Source of the DNA: Lama guanicoe
Taxonomy: Eukaryota
NCBI GenBank assembly: GCA_013239625.1
Contig: MU054323.1
Location: forward strand, 12,097,694 to 12,161,693
DNA: 64,000 bases
Reading direction: 5' to 3'
In this document: positions 39,646 through 53,900 of the stretch, in pieces
Layout of the letters: the number at the start of each line of letters is the position of its first letter
How positions within the stretch are numbered: the stretch's first letter is position 1
Notes under the pieces: generated by a model
Databases searched by the model: none
What the model was told of the DNA's origin: nothing
Seen by the model: the letters and a program-made list of their open reading frames with translations, nothing else
Translations under genes and position numbers: made by a program

Positions 39646-40118
39646 TTGTGGTTTGAATGGTGCCCCCCTCCAAGATATGTTTATTCCCTAATCCCCAGAA
39701 CTTTAAAATATTACTATATTATAGCAAAAGAGTGAATATTCTTGTAAGATAAAAGATGAGATTAAATTAAGGATCTTGAGAAGACGAGGTTATCCTGGAT
39801 AATCTGGGTAGACCCTAAATGAAATCACATGTAACCTTATACAAGAAAGGAGCGGAAGAAGAAAAGACATACAGAGAAAAAGGTAAAATGAAGACACAGC
39901 ACAGACATGCAACCACAAGCCAAGGAATGTAGACAGCTACCAGAAGCTGGACAAGGTGAGGAACAGATTTTCCTTTAGAGCTTCCAGAGGGAACAGAACC
40001 CTGTTACATCTTGATTTCAGACTTCTGGCCTCCAGAATGATGAGAGAAAAAAACGTCTGTTGTTTTAAGACACCCAGTTTGTGGTAATTTATTATAGCAG
40101 CTACAGGGAACTAAAACA
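39646..40118 (+). mobile_element. MLT1C/D-like MaLR solo LTR
   Basis: tgtggtttgaatggtgcccc...ccagaagctggacaagg...gacttctggcctccagaa...gggaactaaaaca. Confidence 0.85.
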
Positions 40119-40204
40119 CCTTGTTAGAGTAGTATTAGGCCATTGAAATTAATTTCAGTTCAGTTATCCAGTAAAAGAACTGCCAGGAAAGGACCATATA
40201 CAGT

Positions 40205-40450
40205 TAATATTTATATAGTGCTTACTATGCTCCAGGCAATGTTCTAAGTACTTTGCACATATTAACTTATTTAATCTTTATAGTAACCCTAGGAGACAGG
40301 TATTAGTATAATTATCCCCACTGTACAGATAAGGAAACTGAGGCACAGCAAGATTAAATTAGCCCAAATTGACACAGCTATGAAATATCACAGCTGGGAC
40401 TCAAGCCCAGGTGGAGCTATTTCCAGAGTTTATGCTCTTGAGCACTTTGC
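40205..40450 (-). mobile_element. MIR SINE
   Basis: attatccccactgtacagataaggaaactgaggcacag core. Confidence 0.85.
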
Positions 40451-40511
40451 TCCATTGTAGTCATTGTGAAAAATAACAATAAAAAGTCAGTTGCATGTGC
40501 ATTGTCTACAT

Positions 40512-40690
40512 CAGAGGCTCTCAATTCTGGATGCATATTCAAATCACCTTAGGGGCTTCAGGGATGCTAAAGGGGAAGAGGTATACTGAAGAAAAATTAA
40601 TCAGAATGTTAGGCATAGGATCCTGAGCATCTGCAGCACTTAAGAGACACCCCGGATGACTCTAATGTGCAGCCAGGGTGAAAACCATTG
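40512..40690. mobile_element. MER5-like hAT MITE
   Basis: cagaggctctcaa...gactctaatgtgcagccagggtgaaaaccattg. Confidence 0.6.
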
Positions 40691-42304
40691 AGATCATAAC
40701 CTCCAATGGCAAACTGAACTAACTTTTTCAAGCTGGCATTGACCAGATGTTTTGGTTTCTCCAAAGGCTATGCCCACACAGAGAAATTAGACTGCCACAT
40801 CAAGTATTTTTTAAAAGGGGGCTCAATTCAATAAAACCACATTTTTTTCCTGCAATAGAGTGGTTGATCATTTTCTACTAAGGGCTGTACCATGGGAAAA
40901 ATTCAATGCAAAGTTTTCCCTGAAGCTCCCTGGGACTTCCTTCCATCTTTCTCTGATGCCCTGGAAGTGAGAACAGACAAGTCCCATTGACAACCCCTTG
41001 CAGATGTCGTCTGGTGCGAATTATCTGGTGGTCATAATCCAGTAGATATATTAAAATTGTGAAAAAACACTGACATGATTAGCTCATGAAGACCTAAAAT
41101 ACAGTATACTATTTTAAAGTTTCCTGTTTATATACATGTTTTTTATCTTCATTATTTGTTTCCTGCTAGTATTGGGAGACCCTGGAACTGCTCACTTACT
41201 CAATTTTCCTCTGTCTTCCTGCCTCTACATCAAAGTAGAAGTTCAGTCTGAGCACCCAATGAATTACCAAGGTTTTAAGAAATTTTGAGGATTCCTCTGA
41301 GTGACAGAGTAATCATCATTGAGGTACAACCTCCTACAAGAGACAGGCTACAGACCACTGACCTCATTTATTTGTGGGGTTTATTTGCTTATTTATTTAT
41401 TTACTTATATCCTAGAAGATCAAAATCTTAGTAAACAAATAGAGCCAGATCAACCTATTTGCCTGACTAATAAGATAAGTTTGAGTAACTAGTTTACCTT
41501 TTCTTTTTTGTTAAGTTGATTGATTTGGGGTGGGTTTTGGCCTTGCATAGATACACTTGCTCAGCCACTCATATTAAATGGTCATGACCAAATTTATAAG
41601 TTGTAAGTGGCAACAAACGGTGGTTTTCAGCTTGAAGTACAAAGTTGAGCAAGGTGACCAAGGTAAGCTAAGGACAAGGCATGTTCAACTGTTGGATACA
41701 AATGTGTCATTTCTCTAAGCTGCAGTTTTGTCTCTTCTATTTCTCATTGTTTGCAAAAACAAAGTTGTGATTTTCTAATTCTAGCTGTTTGGCTTTATAC
41801 TGCAGCCCCATTTCACAGGGTTCTGATGTCATTTGGAAACAAGCAACTCTTCACAGCTGTCTAAGGCCTAGATATTGGCATCAAACTGAAGACTTCTAAG
41901 GAGTTTCCACTTTCATTTAAATATTGTCCTGGGACTCAGCAGCCCTGAACAAAGGTGCATCCACCTCAGCGCATCTCCCTCCCACATCTCCATTCCATTG
42001 TTCACTTTGACAAGAAAAGAAAAGGCATTTTCTGAGGTCTCTGTGGCAGAATTTACTACGTGAAAGTTTCAGGCCTGTCATTCGTAAGCATTGGCTGGTA
42101 TTTCCCACACTCTATTCCCTATGCTGCAGCCTTAGGGCCACCTTGCCAGCCAAAGCTACATGGAGACAGAGGACACATGGAGAGAAAGCCACCATTCTCC
42201 CAACTTGCTTAACTCTCCACAAGTTTAGAAACGTGTAACACAGGACCCAAAGGTCACTGCACATTAAGCTTGAGATTGGAAAAAGCAATGAAACAAAGAA
42301 GATT

Positions 42305-42662
42305 CTTACACACAATGTATGTCTCCTCAAAATTCATATGTTGCGATCTAATTCCCATTATGATGGTTTTTGGAGATGTGGCCTTTTGAAGGTAATTAAG
42401 TCATGAGGATAGAACATTCATGAATGGGATTAGTGTCCTTATACGGAGAGGCCAGAGAGCTAGCTCATTCTCTCCTCACCATGTGAGGATACAACAAGAA
42501 GTCAGCCATCTGTAACCCAGAAGAGGGACATTACCAGAACTAGACCTTGCTGGCACCATGATCTCAGACTTCCAGACTCTAGAACTGTGAGAAGTAAAAT
42601 TCTGTTGTTCATACACCATCCAATTTATGGTGTTTTGTTATAGACTGAGCTGCCTAAGAGAC
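42305..42662 (+). mobile_element. MLT1A-like MaLR solo LTR
   Basis: aaaattcatatgttg...atgaatgggattagtgtcctt...ccatgatctcagacttccagactctagaactgtgag. Confidence 0.85.
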
Positions 42663-42804
42663 ATTCCAGACAAATTGGTGGAAAGTTTAGAAACACAAAC
42701 CAATGGACCGTCAGGCATAGCACTGAGTACAGAGAATACCAACGTCAAGTCAACCAGCATTGCAGATAATCAATCAGCAAAGATAAAAGCTAAAGCCCAC
42801 TGGA

Positions 42805-45800
42805 GGATGTCTGCTTCCAGTCAAGATGGAGAAACAGGAACTGGATTTACCCTCCATGCTGGAAAATGAAAATATAAACAACAAGACAAATTACATGAAA
42901 TATTGGACGTAAGCAATAAAAGGCAGGAATCACTTATAGACAAGAAAAAAAATGATGTGAGCCTTATAAATAACCCAGTTTACTGCTTTGAGAAAATTTC
43001 TCTTTCCAGGAAAGGGGATTCCAGACAGAAGCTAGAGTTTCCTGAGTTAAGGAAACAGAACTGAAATTCCAGGAATCAAGACATCTAGAATTCTTAGGTC
43101 AGAGTACTGAAGTGGAGAGAGATGCACAGAGTCCTGCAGAGGGTCCTTCTCAAGTATTCAGTAGAATATTAATTAGTGCAGTTGTATGAGAAAAGGATCG
43201 CTCAAAAAGATTAAAAGGACCAGTGCCCAGTGCTCATACATGGTCAGGAACTGAGCCCTTTCCCACCAGCCAGATAAAAAAAATTCATACTACATGGGAC
43301 ATTGAGTAGAGTACTCAGAAAGGCTTAGCTCAGGAAGGGATTAATTTGCCCCTGCACTAGCACTCTTCTACGAGCACCTAACAAATCAGATCAAGAGCTA
43401 AAAGGGTCAAATTATTTCCAAGTAACTTAACTGCACCCCAGAACAAAGCTCAAGAATATTTATAGAACAGAAAAATATCCAACAGCCAGCAAGGTACAAT
43501 GTCTGACAATCCAATCAAAGATCACTAGTCATGCAAAGAAGCAGGAAAACACTGCTTATAATGAGAATAATAATCAATCAAAACTGACACAGAAATTATA
43601 TAAATGTTAGAATTAGCAGACAATGACATTAAAACAGCTATTACGACTGTATTTCATATGTACATAAAATTAAGTAGAGACATGGAAGATAGAAAAAAAG
43701 ACCAAAATCAAACTTCTAGAGATGAAAACTACAATGTCTGAGATGAAAATACCCCAGAATAGGATTAACAATAGATAAAACATCACAAAAGAAAAGATTA
43801 TAAACTTGAAGACATAGCAACAGAAACTAACCAAAAGAAACACACTGAAAAAAAAAAGAATAAAAACAAGAAAGAAGTGTCAGTGATCTGCAAGACAATT
43901 TCACATACATGTGGGTCTCAAAGATATATAATTGAAGACCCTGAATAATAGGAGAGAGAAGAGGGGAAATTAAGAATAATGTACAAAAGTTGTCCAAATT
44001 TAATTAAAACTTTAAACCCACAGATCCAAGAAGTTTAAAGAACCCCAGCGTAAGAAACATGAAGAAAGCTGCACCAAGGAATATACTGATCAAATTGCTC
44101 AAAACCAGTCATAAGGAGAAAATATTAAAAGCAGCCAGATAAAAAGAGTTATGTACAGAGGAACAAAGACAAGGAGGGCAGCAGGTTTCTTTATGAAAAC
44201 AATGCAAGCGAGATGACAGTGGAGCAACATCTTTAAAGTACTAAAAGAAAATAGCTGTCAATCTAGAATGCTATATCTAGAATTCTATATCCTCAGAAAC
44301 AAAGGAGACATGAAGACATTTTCAGATATTCAAAATATGAAAAAACTGTCCTAAAAACTGACATTTTTCAGGCAAAAGAAAAAATAATATCAATAGAAAT
44401 AAAGATCAACCCCCATCCAAAGTAAAGAGCATCAGAAATGGCAAATACACAGGCAAATACACACTTTCTTATTATTTCAATCTCTTTAAAAGATAGTTGA
44501 CTGTTCAAACAAAAATAACATCAATATGTTGAAGCTTCTTAGAGCATGTGTATAAATAAAACAAGTAACAATAGCATAAAGAAGAAATGGAAGTACATTA
44601 TTTCATATCTGTACACTATACATGAAGTGGTGTATTATCACTTGAAAGTAAACAGTGATAAATTTAAGGTACATGCTTTAAAGTTTTAATCAAACTAACA
44701 AAAGTTATTGTTAATAAGCTAATAAAAAACATAAAATGGAATAAAATAGCACTATATCCAAAAGATGGAAGATAAAGAGGAAATGGGAACAAATAAGAGA
44801 GACAAATAGGAACAAACAGCAACTTGATAGATTTAAATCAAACTACATAAATAATACCATTAGATATAAGCATTCTGACACTCCCAGTTAAAAAGCAGAG
44901 ATTGTCAGTATTGACAAAAAGCAAGACTCAACCATATGCTACATTCAAGAAATATACACTGAATTTAAACACAGAGATAGATGGAAAGTAAAATGGTGAA
45001 AAAATTATACCCTGTCAACCCTTATAAAAAGAAAGCCATAGTGACTATATTAATATTATACAAAAGTAGATTACAGAGCAAAGAATATTACCAGGAATAA
45101 ATGTAATGATAATAAAGGAATAATGATAAAAGAGTCGATTCATCAAGGACATAACAATTCTAAATGTTTACACATCAGAGTTCATGCATCTTTTTATCTG
45201 TTATGCAACAGAGCTTCAAAATACATGAAGCAAAAACTGACGAACTGTAAGGAAAAATAGGAAAGTCCACAATTTTAATCAGACATATTGATACTCCTCT
45301 CTCAACAATTACAGAAAAAGCAGACAAAATCAGCAAGATACAGAAGATTTGAAAAGCACTATCAACCAAATTAACCTAAGGACATTTTCAGAACACCCCT
45401 TTCAGCAGAATATACATTCTTTTCAAGGTTACAGAGAACATTTACCAAGATAGACCAAATTCTGGGCCATAAAACAAGTTTTAATTCAACAAGTAAAAGG
45501 ATTTAAATCATACAAAGCATGTTCTCTGTCCATAATGGAATTAAATTAGAAATTAATAACAAAATATCTGGAAAATTCCTAAACATTTGGAAACCAAACA
45601 GCACCCTTCCAAATAGCCCATGGATCAAAGAAGACATCACAAGAGAAATAGCAGTATTTTGAAACAAATTAAAAATAAAAACAACATATTAGAATTTGTG
45701 AGATACCATAAGCAGTATTTTGTGTGAAATTTATAGCAATCAATGCCAAATCAGAAAAAGGAGGTCTACAACCTCAGTTTCTGCCTTAAGAAACTAGAAA

Positions 45801-46050
45801 AAGGAGAGTAAATTAAACCCAACCCAAAGAGGAAGAGGAAATAATAAATATCAAGTCAGAAAACAAATAGGAAACAGCAAAATCAACAGAGAAATCCAAT
45901 GAAACTAAAATCTAGTTCCTTGAAAAGATCAATGAAGTTCATAAAACTCTAGCTAGACAGATTAGGGGAAGAAAGAAGAAGACATAAATTAACCATTATC
46001 AAAAGTAAGAGAGGAACATCCCCATGGATTCTACAGATGTCAAAAAGATG
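42805..46050 (+). mobile_element. Old L1M: 5' UTR, ORF1 and endonuclease remnants
   Basis: cttccagtcaagatgg start, cccacagatccaagaag, gagcaacatctttaaagtact, catttaccaagatagacca. Confidence 0.8.
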
Positions 46051-46839
46051 TTTGCATATTGATAATTTACCAGGTAACATGGTTGCATTTTCAGGGGTCT
46101 TCAACATCATAACTCAAAGGATCAATATGAAAGACAATTTCAGAAGTTAGTGATGTCATAGTGGATTAGTGGGGGAAATCTTACACATTAATGGTGACTT
46201 TTCCTTTAAAGCAACCCCTACTTGTAGAAATGTCTTGAGCTCTGTTGACATTTAATTGCATGGTCAGTTTGCAAGGTAACTTTTTAAATCTTGTAACATC
46301 AGTATTATTTGTTCTATTATTGGGAGTTACACCATTAAACACTTTATAAATATACCACATAAAATCTGCAACCCCAAAGTATTAGCTATTCATATCACTT
46401 TATATTCTAATCATTATCAGTATTAATTCATACATGTTGATGTGGACTTTTTGAGAACAATTTATTGTGTACTATTTTTTCACTAAATGACTTTATATAT
46501 TTATTTCTGTCACAGATATAGTCCAAAAGACTAATACTTTTGAAGTATATATAATATTCAATTATATTTATTACAATCAGCCCTTAGTAATGGAGCATTT
46601 AAGTAACTTCCAGTGTTCTATAGTTGCAAATAGTAACACTATAAATTTGTGTTAATCAATTTTTTTCTTTTGGACTATTTCCCTTGGGTGTTTCCCCCAA
46701 ATTAAATTCCTGGGGGGAAAAAGTGAATAGTTTTTCAGCTATTGTTAAACATTGTCAGATTAGCTTCACAGAAAGTTTGAATAATTCTCAGTGACACAGG
46801 GCCACACATACATACAATTTTTTCATAGGCCTACTTATA

Positions 46840-47625
46840 GTTTTTTTTAGCTTTATTGAGGTATAATTAACAATCAACTGTGCATATTTAAAGTGTGCAA
46901 TTTGACAAATTTTATGATATCAAAATAGTGAACATGTAAATCTCCTCCTAAAGTTTGCTCATATCCTCCATAATCCCATCCTGTCCCTCCCTTTGTCCCC
47001 AGAAAAGAACTGATGTACTTCATGTACCATATGTTAGTTTGAATTTCATAGAATTTTATATAAATGGAATCATAAAGTACGTACTCTTTTTTGCTTGGCT
47101 CCTTTACCCAGAATAATTATTTTAAGTTTTATCCACTGTTGGTAGCTCACATCAATAGTTCATTCATTTTTCTTGCCAAGTAGTATTCTACTATGTTTAT
47201 ACCACAGTTTGTTTACACATTCACTTGCTGATGAACATTGGAGTTGTTTCTAGTTTTTGGCTACCACAAATTAAGCTGCTAAAACCATTTGTATACAAAT
47301 CTTTGTATGGACATGTGCTTTTATTTTGCTTAGAAAAATAGCTAGCAATGGAATGGGTAGGTCACATGGTAGATTTATGTTTAACTTTTTAAGAGACTGT
47401 CAAAACGTTTTCCAAAGTGGTTGCCATTTTACATTCCCTTCAACAATGTATAAGAGTGCGAGTTCTTCCACATCCTCACCAGAACTTAGTCTGGTCAGTC
47501 TTTGTAATTTTAGCCACTCTATTGGATGCACACTGGTATCCCATTGTGGTTTAATCAGCATTTCCCTAATGTCTAATGGTGTTGAGCATGTTTTCACATT
47601 CTGTTTTCTTTAGCAAAGTATCTGT
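46840..47625 (-). mobile_element. L1MB/MC-like 3' end
   Basis: tttttttagctttattgaggtataatt...tttccaaagtggttg...catttccctaatg. Confidence 0.8.
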
Positions 47626-47639
47626 TTATATCATGAGGT

Positions 47640-48080
47640 ACAGGAGCAATTTCATTAGAGAAAGAAAAGTACTTTCAACAAATGATATTGGAACAACTGG
47701 ATACCCATATGCAAAAAAAACAAAGAACTTTGATTCACATTTCTAACCCTATGTAAAAATTAACTCAAAATGGATCATAAACATAAATGTTAAACCCCAA
47801 ACTATAAATTTTCTATAAGAAAATATAAGAAAAACCCCATGTGACCTAAGATTAGGCAAAGATTTTTTAGATCTATTTGAATGAAAACAAATAGAAAAAT
47901 TAGACTTCATCAAAATTTAAAAACCTCTGCTTTTCAAAAGACACAGTTAAGAGAATGAAAAAGACAAGCCACACAGACTGGGAAAAATATTTGCAAATCA
48001 TGTATCTGGTAAAGAACTTGAATTCAGAATATTTACAGAACTTTCAAAATTCAATAATAAGAAAACAAAAAACCCAATAC
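47640..48080 (+). mobile_element. L1M late ORF2 fragment
   Basis: tttcaacaaatgatattggaacaactgg...gacaagccacacagactggg. Confidence 0.8.
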
Positions 48081-50210
48081 CCTAGTATTTAGATCTATTT
48101 ATCAGATAGGTAACTTGAGCAAGTAAAGAACATTCACTGAGAAACTGATGTGAGACCAAGTACTGCTGTTAAAAGAGAACAGAGAGGCAAGAGAGAAAGT
48201 CTATACACAGAAAAGGATCTGGTGATTTTTCATGGTCAAGTAGGAAAAATGTCAAAGGAAAATTGCCTTATTTTCTTCACGGTAACTTTTAGGATTAGCC
48301 TTGACAATATGAAGCAAGTATAATGGAAGAATTTTGAAAATGGCCCAGACCTGATTTAAAGTTTGGATGGTAGGACCAGATATTATGTTACAGAGACAAA
48401 AGATATTTGGTATTAAAAAGAGGAAAGGTATTCTAAGACAGAGTACATATGTTGCACAGGGCAATTTTAAGTCATAGATCACCAAACAGGCCTTCTTCCC
48501 TGACTGAACACCTCATTCCCACCCACAAATCTGGGAATAGACCATCCTTTGAGGACCAGCTCAAGCGCTTGCCCATCACTCCCACTTGCTCCCTCCAATC
48601 ACTGAAATCAGACAGAGTGCAATCACTTGTGAAATTGCATTAATAATAACAGCAATTGTCTCCAGGACAAAATGAGATAGCTGATGTAAAATACATAACA
48701 TAATTTCTGGAACACCCGGAGCCCAATAAATATTGGTCTCCCCTTCCCTTATTCTCCTTCCATAACCAAATGGAAGGCAAATTGCACTATTGGCCCCAGT
48801 TCAGAGGGTTTTAAAATATAGAGCTCCTAGGATGAACTGAGCCTCCTTAAAGGCTGCTGGGTTGAGCGCAGCAACTTTTTAAATAACTTGAGTCCAGACT
48901 TTGATATCCCCTTTGCCATTTGTGGCAAGGAGTCAAAAGCAGAATGGGAAGTGTCCCAGGTTCAGAACCAAGTTGCCAGGCTCTGGCAAAAATCAACAGG
49001 TAAACAACTTTCACAGTCTTATCTAATAACAGAAAACATTTATGTTCCCCCTCCCGCTTGCTGAAGGCCCTTCATTTGAGCCTTTCCACTCTCCTTCACT
49101 CATCCCTCCTCAGGAAAGGAGATGTGAACTACCTGATTGGTATATTTGAAAGCAGGACCTCTCAAGGGGTGTGTGCAGCTCAGCCCTTCTCTCCTTCTGC
49201 TGTCTTTTCCGAACAGGCACCAGAGGGAAAGGCCTGCAGTATTCAGCCATCACTGTTGCTGAGTACTCTTTGAGGGACAGCGTTAGGATCCAAAATGTCA
49301 GTCCTGTGCTCCAAACTAGCTTTACCACTAATAAGGGTGGTAATTTTTCTCTAGTGGCCTAATTCCTGGGTCTGTGTCTCAGCTGGTTATGAATCTGGAT
49401 GGGGAAGAAGGGTGCCATTTTTGGGCTCCCTCAAAACCCACCCACTCATCTGCTCAAACACAGACAGGCACCAGAGGCCTTAGCATGTTCAGCGTCATGA
49501 CCATGGCCCCTCTTAGGTCCACGTGTCCCTTAATTAGCATTTTCCCGCCTGTCCTGGGCCTCACACTGACATTGCCACCACCAAACTTTCACACCAGAGA
49601 GAGTGTCAAGCACACTATGGTGGGTTTTTCTGCCTGCCTCCTGGAGGGCAAGCACCAGCTAGTGAACTGCTTTTGTGTGCTCCCAAGGGACCCAGCGCAG
49701 TTCTGAGCATGTGGAACTCTGATAAAGAGTCAAGAGACCTAGGTTCAGGGACTCTGCCCCTTCCTCCCATGTGACCTCATACACATCACTTCACCAATTT
49801 GGATTACTGTTTCCTTATCTTGTTTGTGCTTTTTAAGTGACATTAAGTTAGATTTAAAATGAGAAAGAAGTTAGTCCTTTCTTCAATGTGGTAAAAGTGG
49901 TCAAGATCTCTAATGCTTGTTTACATTGTTGGCAAACATGGCTGTGTAATTTTCAGATGTGTTCATGATGTCATCCTATCTAGAATGTAAACTCCAAGAC
50001 TCCTACTATTTCCTATAAAGTTTCAAATAAAAGGACTTGGAACTCAGGAATTCTTAGAAAATTAGGTTTACTACTGAATTCCTATTTAAATGTAGCAGAA
50101 TTCTTCTAGAATATGCTCACTGCTTTGCTATAGGATTTAACAAAATTTTATAATAGAATTACCAGGGTGCTGAATTGAAAGATAATGCAGTTCATGGTTT
50201 TCTTAAGGAG

Positions 50211-50425
50211 GGGGCTAGCAAACTATGACCCACAGGCAAATACACCCAATGGCCTATTTTTATAAATAAAGTTTTATTGGAACATTACCACACTCATTGT
50301 CTACACATTGTCTGTGGCTGTTTTCATGCTGTTAAGTATAGTTAAGTAACTATGACAGAGACTGTATGACTACAGAGTCTAAAATAGTTACTATCTTGCT
50401 TTTTTTTACTGTTTGCTGACCCCCA
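50211..50425 (+). mobile_element. MER58A-like hAT-Charlie MITE
   Basis: Terminal inverted repeats ggggctagcaaac / gtttgctgacccc; internal aataaagttttattggaaca. Confidence 0.8.
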
Positions 50426-52529
50426 TTTTAAAGAATCCTTCAGTTAATCTTGATTGACCCAAATTATGCCTCATGAATGTCCTTAACACATGATTAAGTG
50501 ACCACAAGAATTCAGTTTATTCTGCCTGGGCCTTTCTTCTCAATGTATAAGAGGAGAGTTTTGTCTAGATGGTTTCCAATGTCTGCATTAATCATCATTC
50601 TGATTCTCAGCCAATGAGCAATTTCCTTCATGAGGTTTATTTATTTCTGATTATTTGAGACATCTACATTTCTTAAGAGATTGGGGAAGCCTTGGCAGGA
50701 CACATCAGGAGACACAAGTTCCAGTCCTGTCTTTGCCCCTAACTAACTAAACCTTCTGGTGCTTTGCTTCTATAAAATGAGGAGTCTGGACAGATGAGGA
50801 TGAAATTTCCTTAAAACAGAGAATTATGATCCAGTGTGTGAAGTGCCTCGTGGAAGGCCACAATGGCTGCTATGAAAGCCCAAGGTATGATACCACACCT
50901 AGATTTACAAAGGAGAAAGGACTCAGAGAAGGCTTCTTGGAGGAAGTGATGCCTGATCTGAGTCTTGAAGAATGGGGAAGACTTTATGCTGCTGGAGAAC
51001 AAACTGAGCATCAAGCAAAAAGGCCCCTTATTGAAACCATCATTTTATTTGGTTGAATAGGAAATGTCACCATTTTCAATATCTAAATGCCAGAAGAATT
51101 CTCTCTAAATTCAGACTCTAATGTGTGCATTACACTCTGCTTATGGATGTGCATCATGGAAGTTCACACTGTCAGCAACTTGTTACAATATAGTCACCTT
51201 TTTTGAAAAGAGATTTTTATTTTTATTTTTCATCCAAATATGAAGGTCACACACCCAGGTTTTGGAAAAAAAAATCAGTTGCCATAGGAATAGGCGGTGT
51301 GATGACCGTTGCATAAGAAAGACACTAAGGCTTCTTGAGAAAATGATCAGTCAGAGAGTGTTGGCAAAGGATGATTCCAGAGCTAGTCAAAGTCAATGAG
51401 AGGCGAGATAACTGACTTCAAACAACTTTAGCTGTGGGATTAAGCAGCATGCTTACACAGCATTCATCTCTATGTAGCTAAACCATCCAAATATCCACAA
51501 CAATAGATTCTAAAAGGAAGAGAATGATCTGAGTTGACCTAACCATGCAATCTCAGCAATGATTCCTAAGTAATGTCAAGTTCTCTGATAATTCTGCCTG
51601 CCTATACTGATGTCAGAAGTAGAGTTTATTCATGCATTCAACAAATACCAACTATGTACCAGAACTTTTCTAGATACCAAGGACACAGCCATGAACAAAT
51701 GAGACAAAAATCCTTGTGAAACTCACATTCTAGCATATCACCCTCATATGCAGAAAATTGCAGAGTTTTCCCTTCTATCCAATGGGATATCTTGCTTTTC
51801 TGAACAGTCCCCAAAGGACATTGTTCAAAAGAGTCTTGGTCACAGCTGAGCCAGCGTTCTCCAGAACACTTGTCCCTCCATCTTATACTCTGTGTCATGG
51901 CTATGCACATGAATACAGCCAAGGCAGCCTGATGCTTTTTCCTTGTCGAGCCCTCACTGTCAAGCCAAATGACTCATAAAACCTCAAAGCAAAATTGCTC
52001 ATAACCTTTGTACTACTTGTGGGAATACTGATAAGAGCATAGTCCTGACTTCTGAAAAGAATTTAGGTGCAAAATGTGCCCTAAAAAGAGGCAAATTTAA
52101 ATGTCCAATTTAATATAAATTATATTAAAAATTAATTTAAATTATTATAAAATTATAAATTAATGGATAGGTAAATTACTGTCTTCACATGAAATGAAAT
52201 AACAAGCAGCCATTAAGATGATACTTACAAAGATTCTATGCTAATGTGGGAAAATATTTATTATAAAAGGTAATCAAGCAGAACTATAAATATTCAGTAG
52301 AGCAAGCATGTATAAAAATGTACTAAGAAAAATGAAAGCCTTAATGAAAATGTTCTAAAACATTAGCAATCAATATACTTAGATGTTGAAATTATGAGAA
52401 TTTTCTAATTTGTATTTTCCATTTTTTATTTAGTAAACATTTGCTATTTTTATAATTTAAAAAAATTAATTTAAGCCTAAATACAGTTTTTAAAAGGCAA
52501 GAATGAGGCAACAAGAAGAAATACAAAAC

Positions 52530-52770
52530 AGCTTATCATGGTAGCTAAGAGCCTGAGATCCGGATTCAAACTCCCTGAGTCTGAACCCTGGCTCCTTGTC
52601 ACTGTGTGACCTTGGGCAAGTTATTTAACCTTTTCTTGCACCAGTTTCCCACCTGCAAAATTGGAATGATAAATAATGGTGCCTACCTAAATGGACTGGC
52701 ATGAGGATTAGTAAATAACTCACATAGTGTTTAGCAAAGAGTGCAATCCCTTGTAAGCACTCAAAATGAA
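52530..52770 (+). mobile_element. MIR SINE
   Basis: ctgtgtgaccttgggcaagttatttaacc...cagtttcccacctgcaaaattgg. Confidence 0.8.
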
Positions 52771-53734
52771 AACAAATTCAATAGTCCAATGGCCTCAAAG
52801 AAAGAGTTTACACAAGAGGAATGATGGACAAACATCACATCTTTATGCCTCAGGAACAATGCACTCACCCAGAGTTGTGTTCTCAGTGGGGAATTTTCCC
52901 TCATGAAGAATCAATTCCTAAATCCTTTACTCATATTTTAAATTTTCCCCTGAAGAAGATGGACAGTATGTTGATATTCATTTTATGAGTAATTACTTTC
53001 TCGGTTTTTTAATGTACTGATCATAATTTATTGAGGCAAAGTACCTTTTGGCTTTAAAAACAAGTCTAAAACTTATGTTAATAGGCTTGTTAGAAAACAC
53101 TAACATTACTGTAAGATGAAATGAACTCATAAAATATTGTTTATGGTGCTATCAGACAATAGTTAACTAGAAGATAAAAGTAATTGTCAGATAAAATCAC
53201 ATTCTGTCAAATGTCTTTTCCAAAAATAGTGAAAACAAAAGCTGGCCTCATCTCCTGTATCCAACATCTTTATTTCTGTGCAAACTGAACCACCTAAATC
53301 TGGGTAAAATGGTTAGTAAATACCTGCAGAAAGGACATTTATTTATGAAATTTTAGTTCTTATTGCTTGCCAATAATTCTCTTATTAAAAGAGTGGTAAT
53401 TCAGTTAAAATTGCATAAATATTAAATCTTGACTGATAAAAAAGATCCAGAGGATAAGAAAGGATTATAAGGAAAGACAGTTTAAAACTTGTTTCTTTAC
53501 ACTTCCTTTTCCCAAAATGAGGCAACACTTTTCCCTTACCAGAGAGGATCATGCCTTTCAGCTTCCAGATGAATTCTTCATCCTAATTTCTAATCTAGAT
53601 TTCCTTGATTGTTTTTGGCCTTATAAATTCCCTACTCAAAATTAGGCTGTGATTCTGTTCCAGTTCTTGATTTGGTTTGGCAACTTTTCTCTCTCCATGG
53701 ATTCAGAGTATCTGCCTGCTTAACAAAGTGAAAA

Positions 53735-53900
53735 GGTCTTGAACCATGGAGTTTCACAGGCTTAGATTTGAATCTGGCTGGGTACTAGCTGTATCATCTT
53801 CACTGAGTCACTTAACCTTCCACAGCCTCAGTTTCTTTGCCTATAAAGTGGGCACAATAAATACGCATCTCACAAGTTACAATGGGGCTACATGGGACAA
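53735..53900 (+). mobile_element. MIR SINE
   Basis: gagtcacttaaccttccacagcctcagtttctttgcctataaagtggg. Confidence 0.7.
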
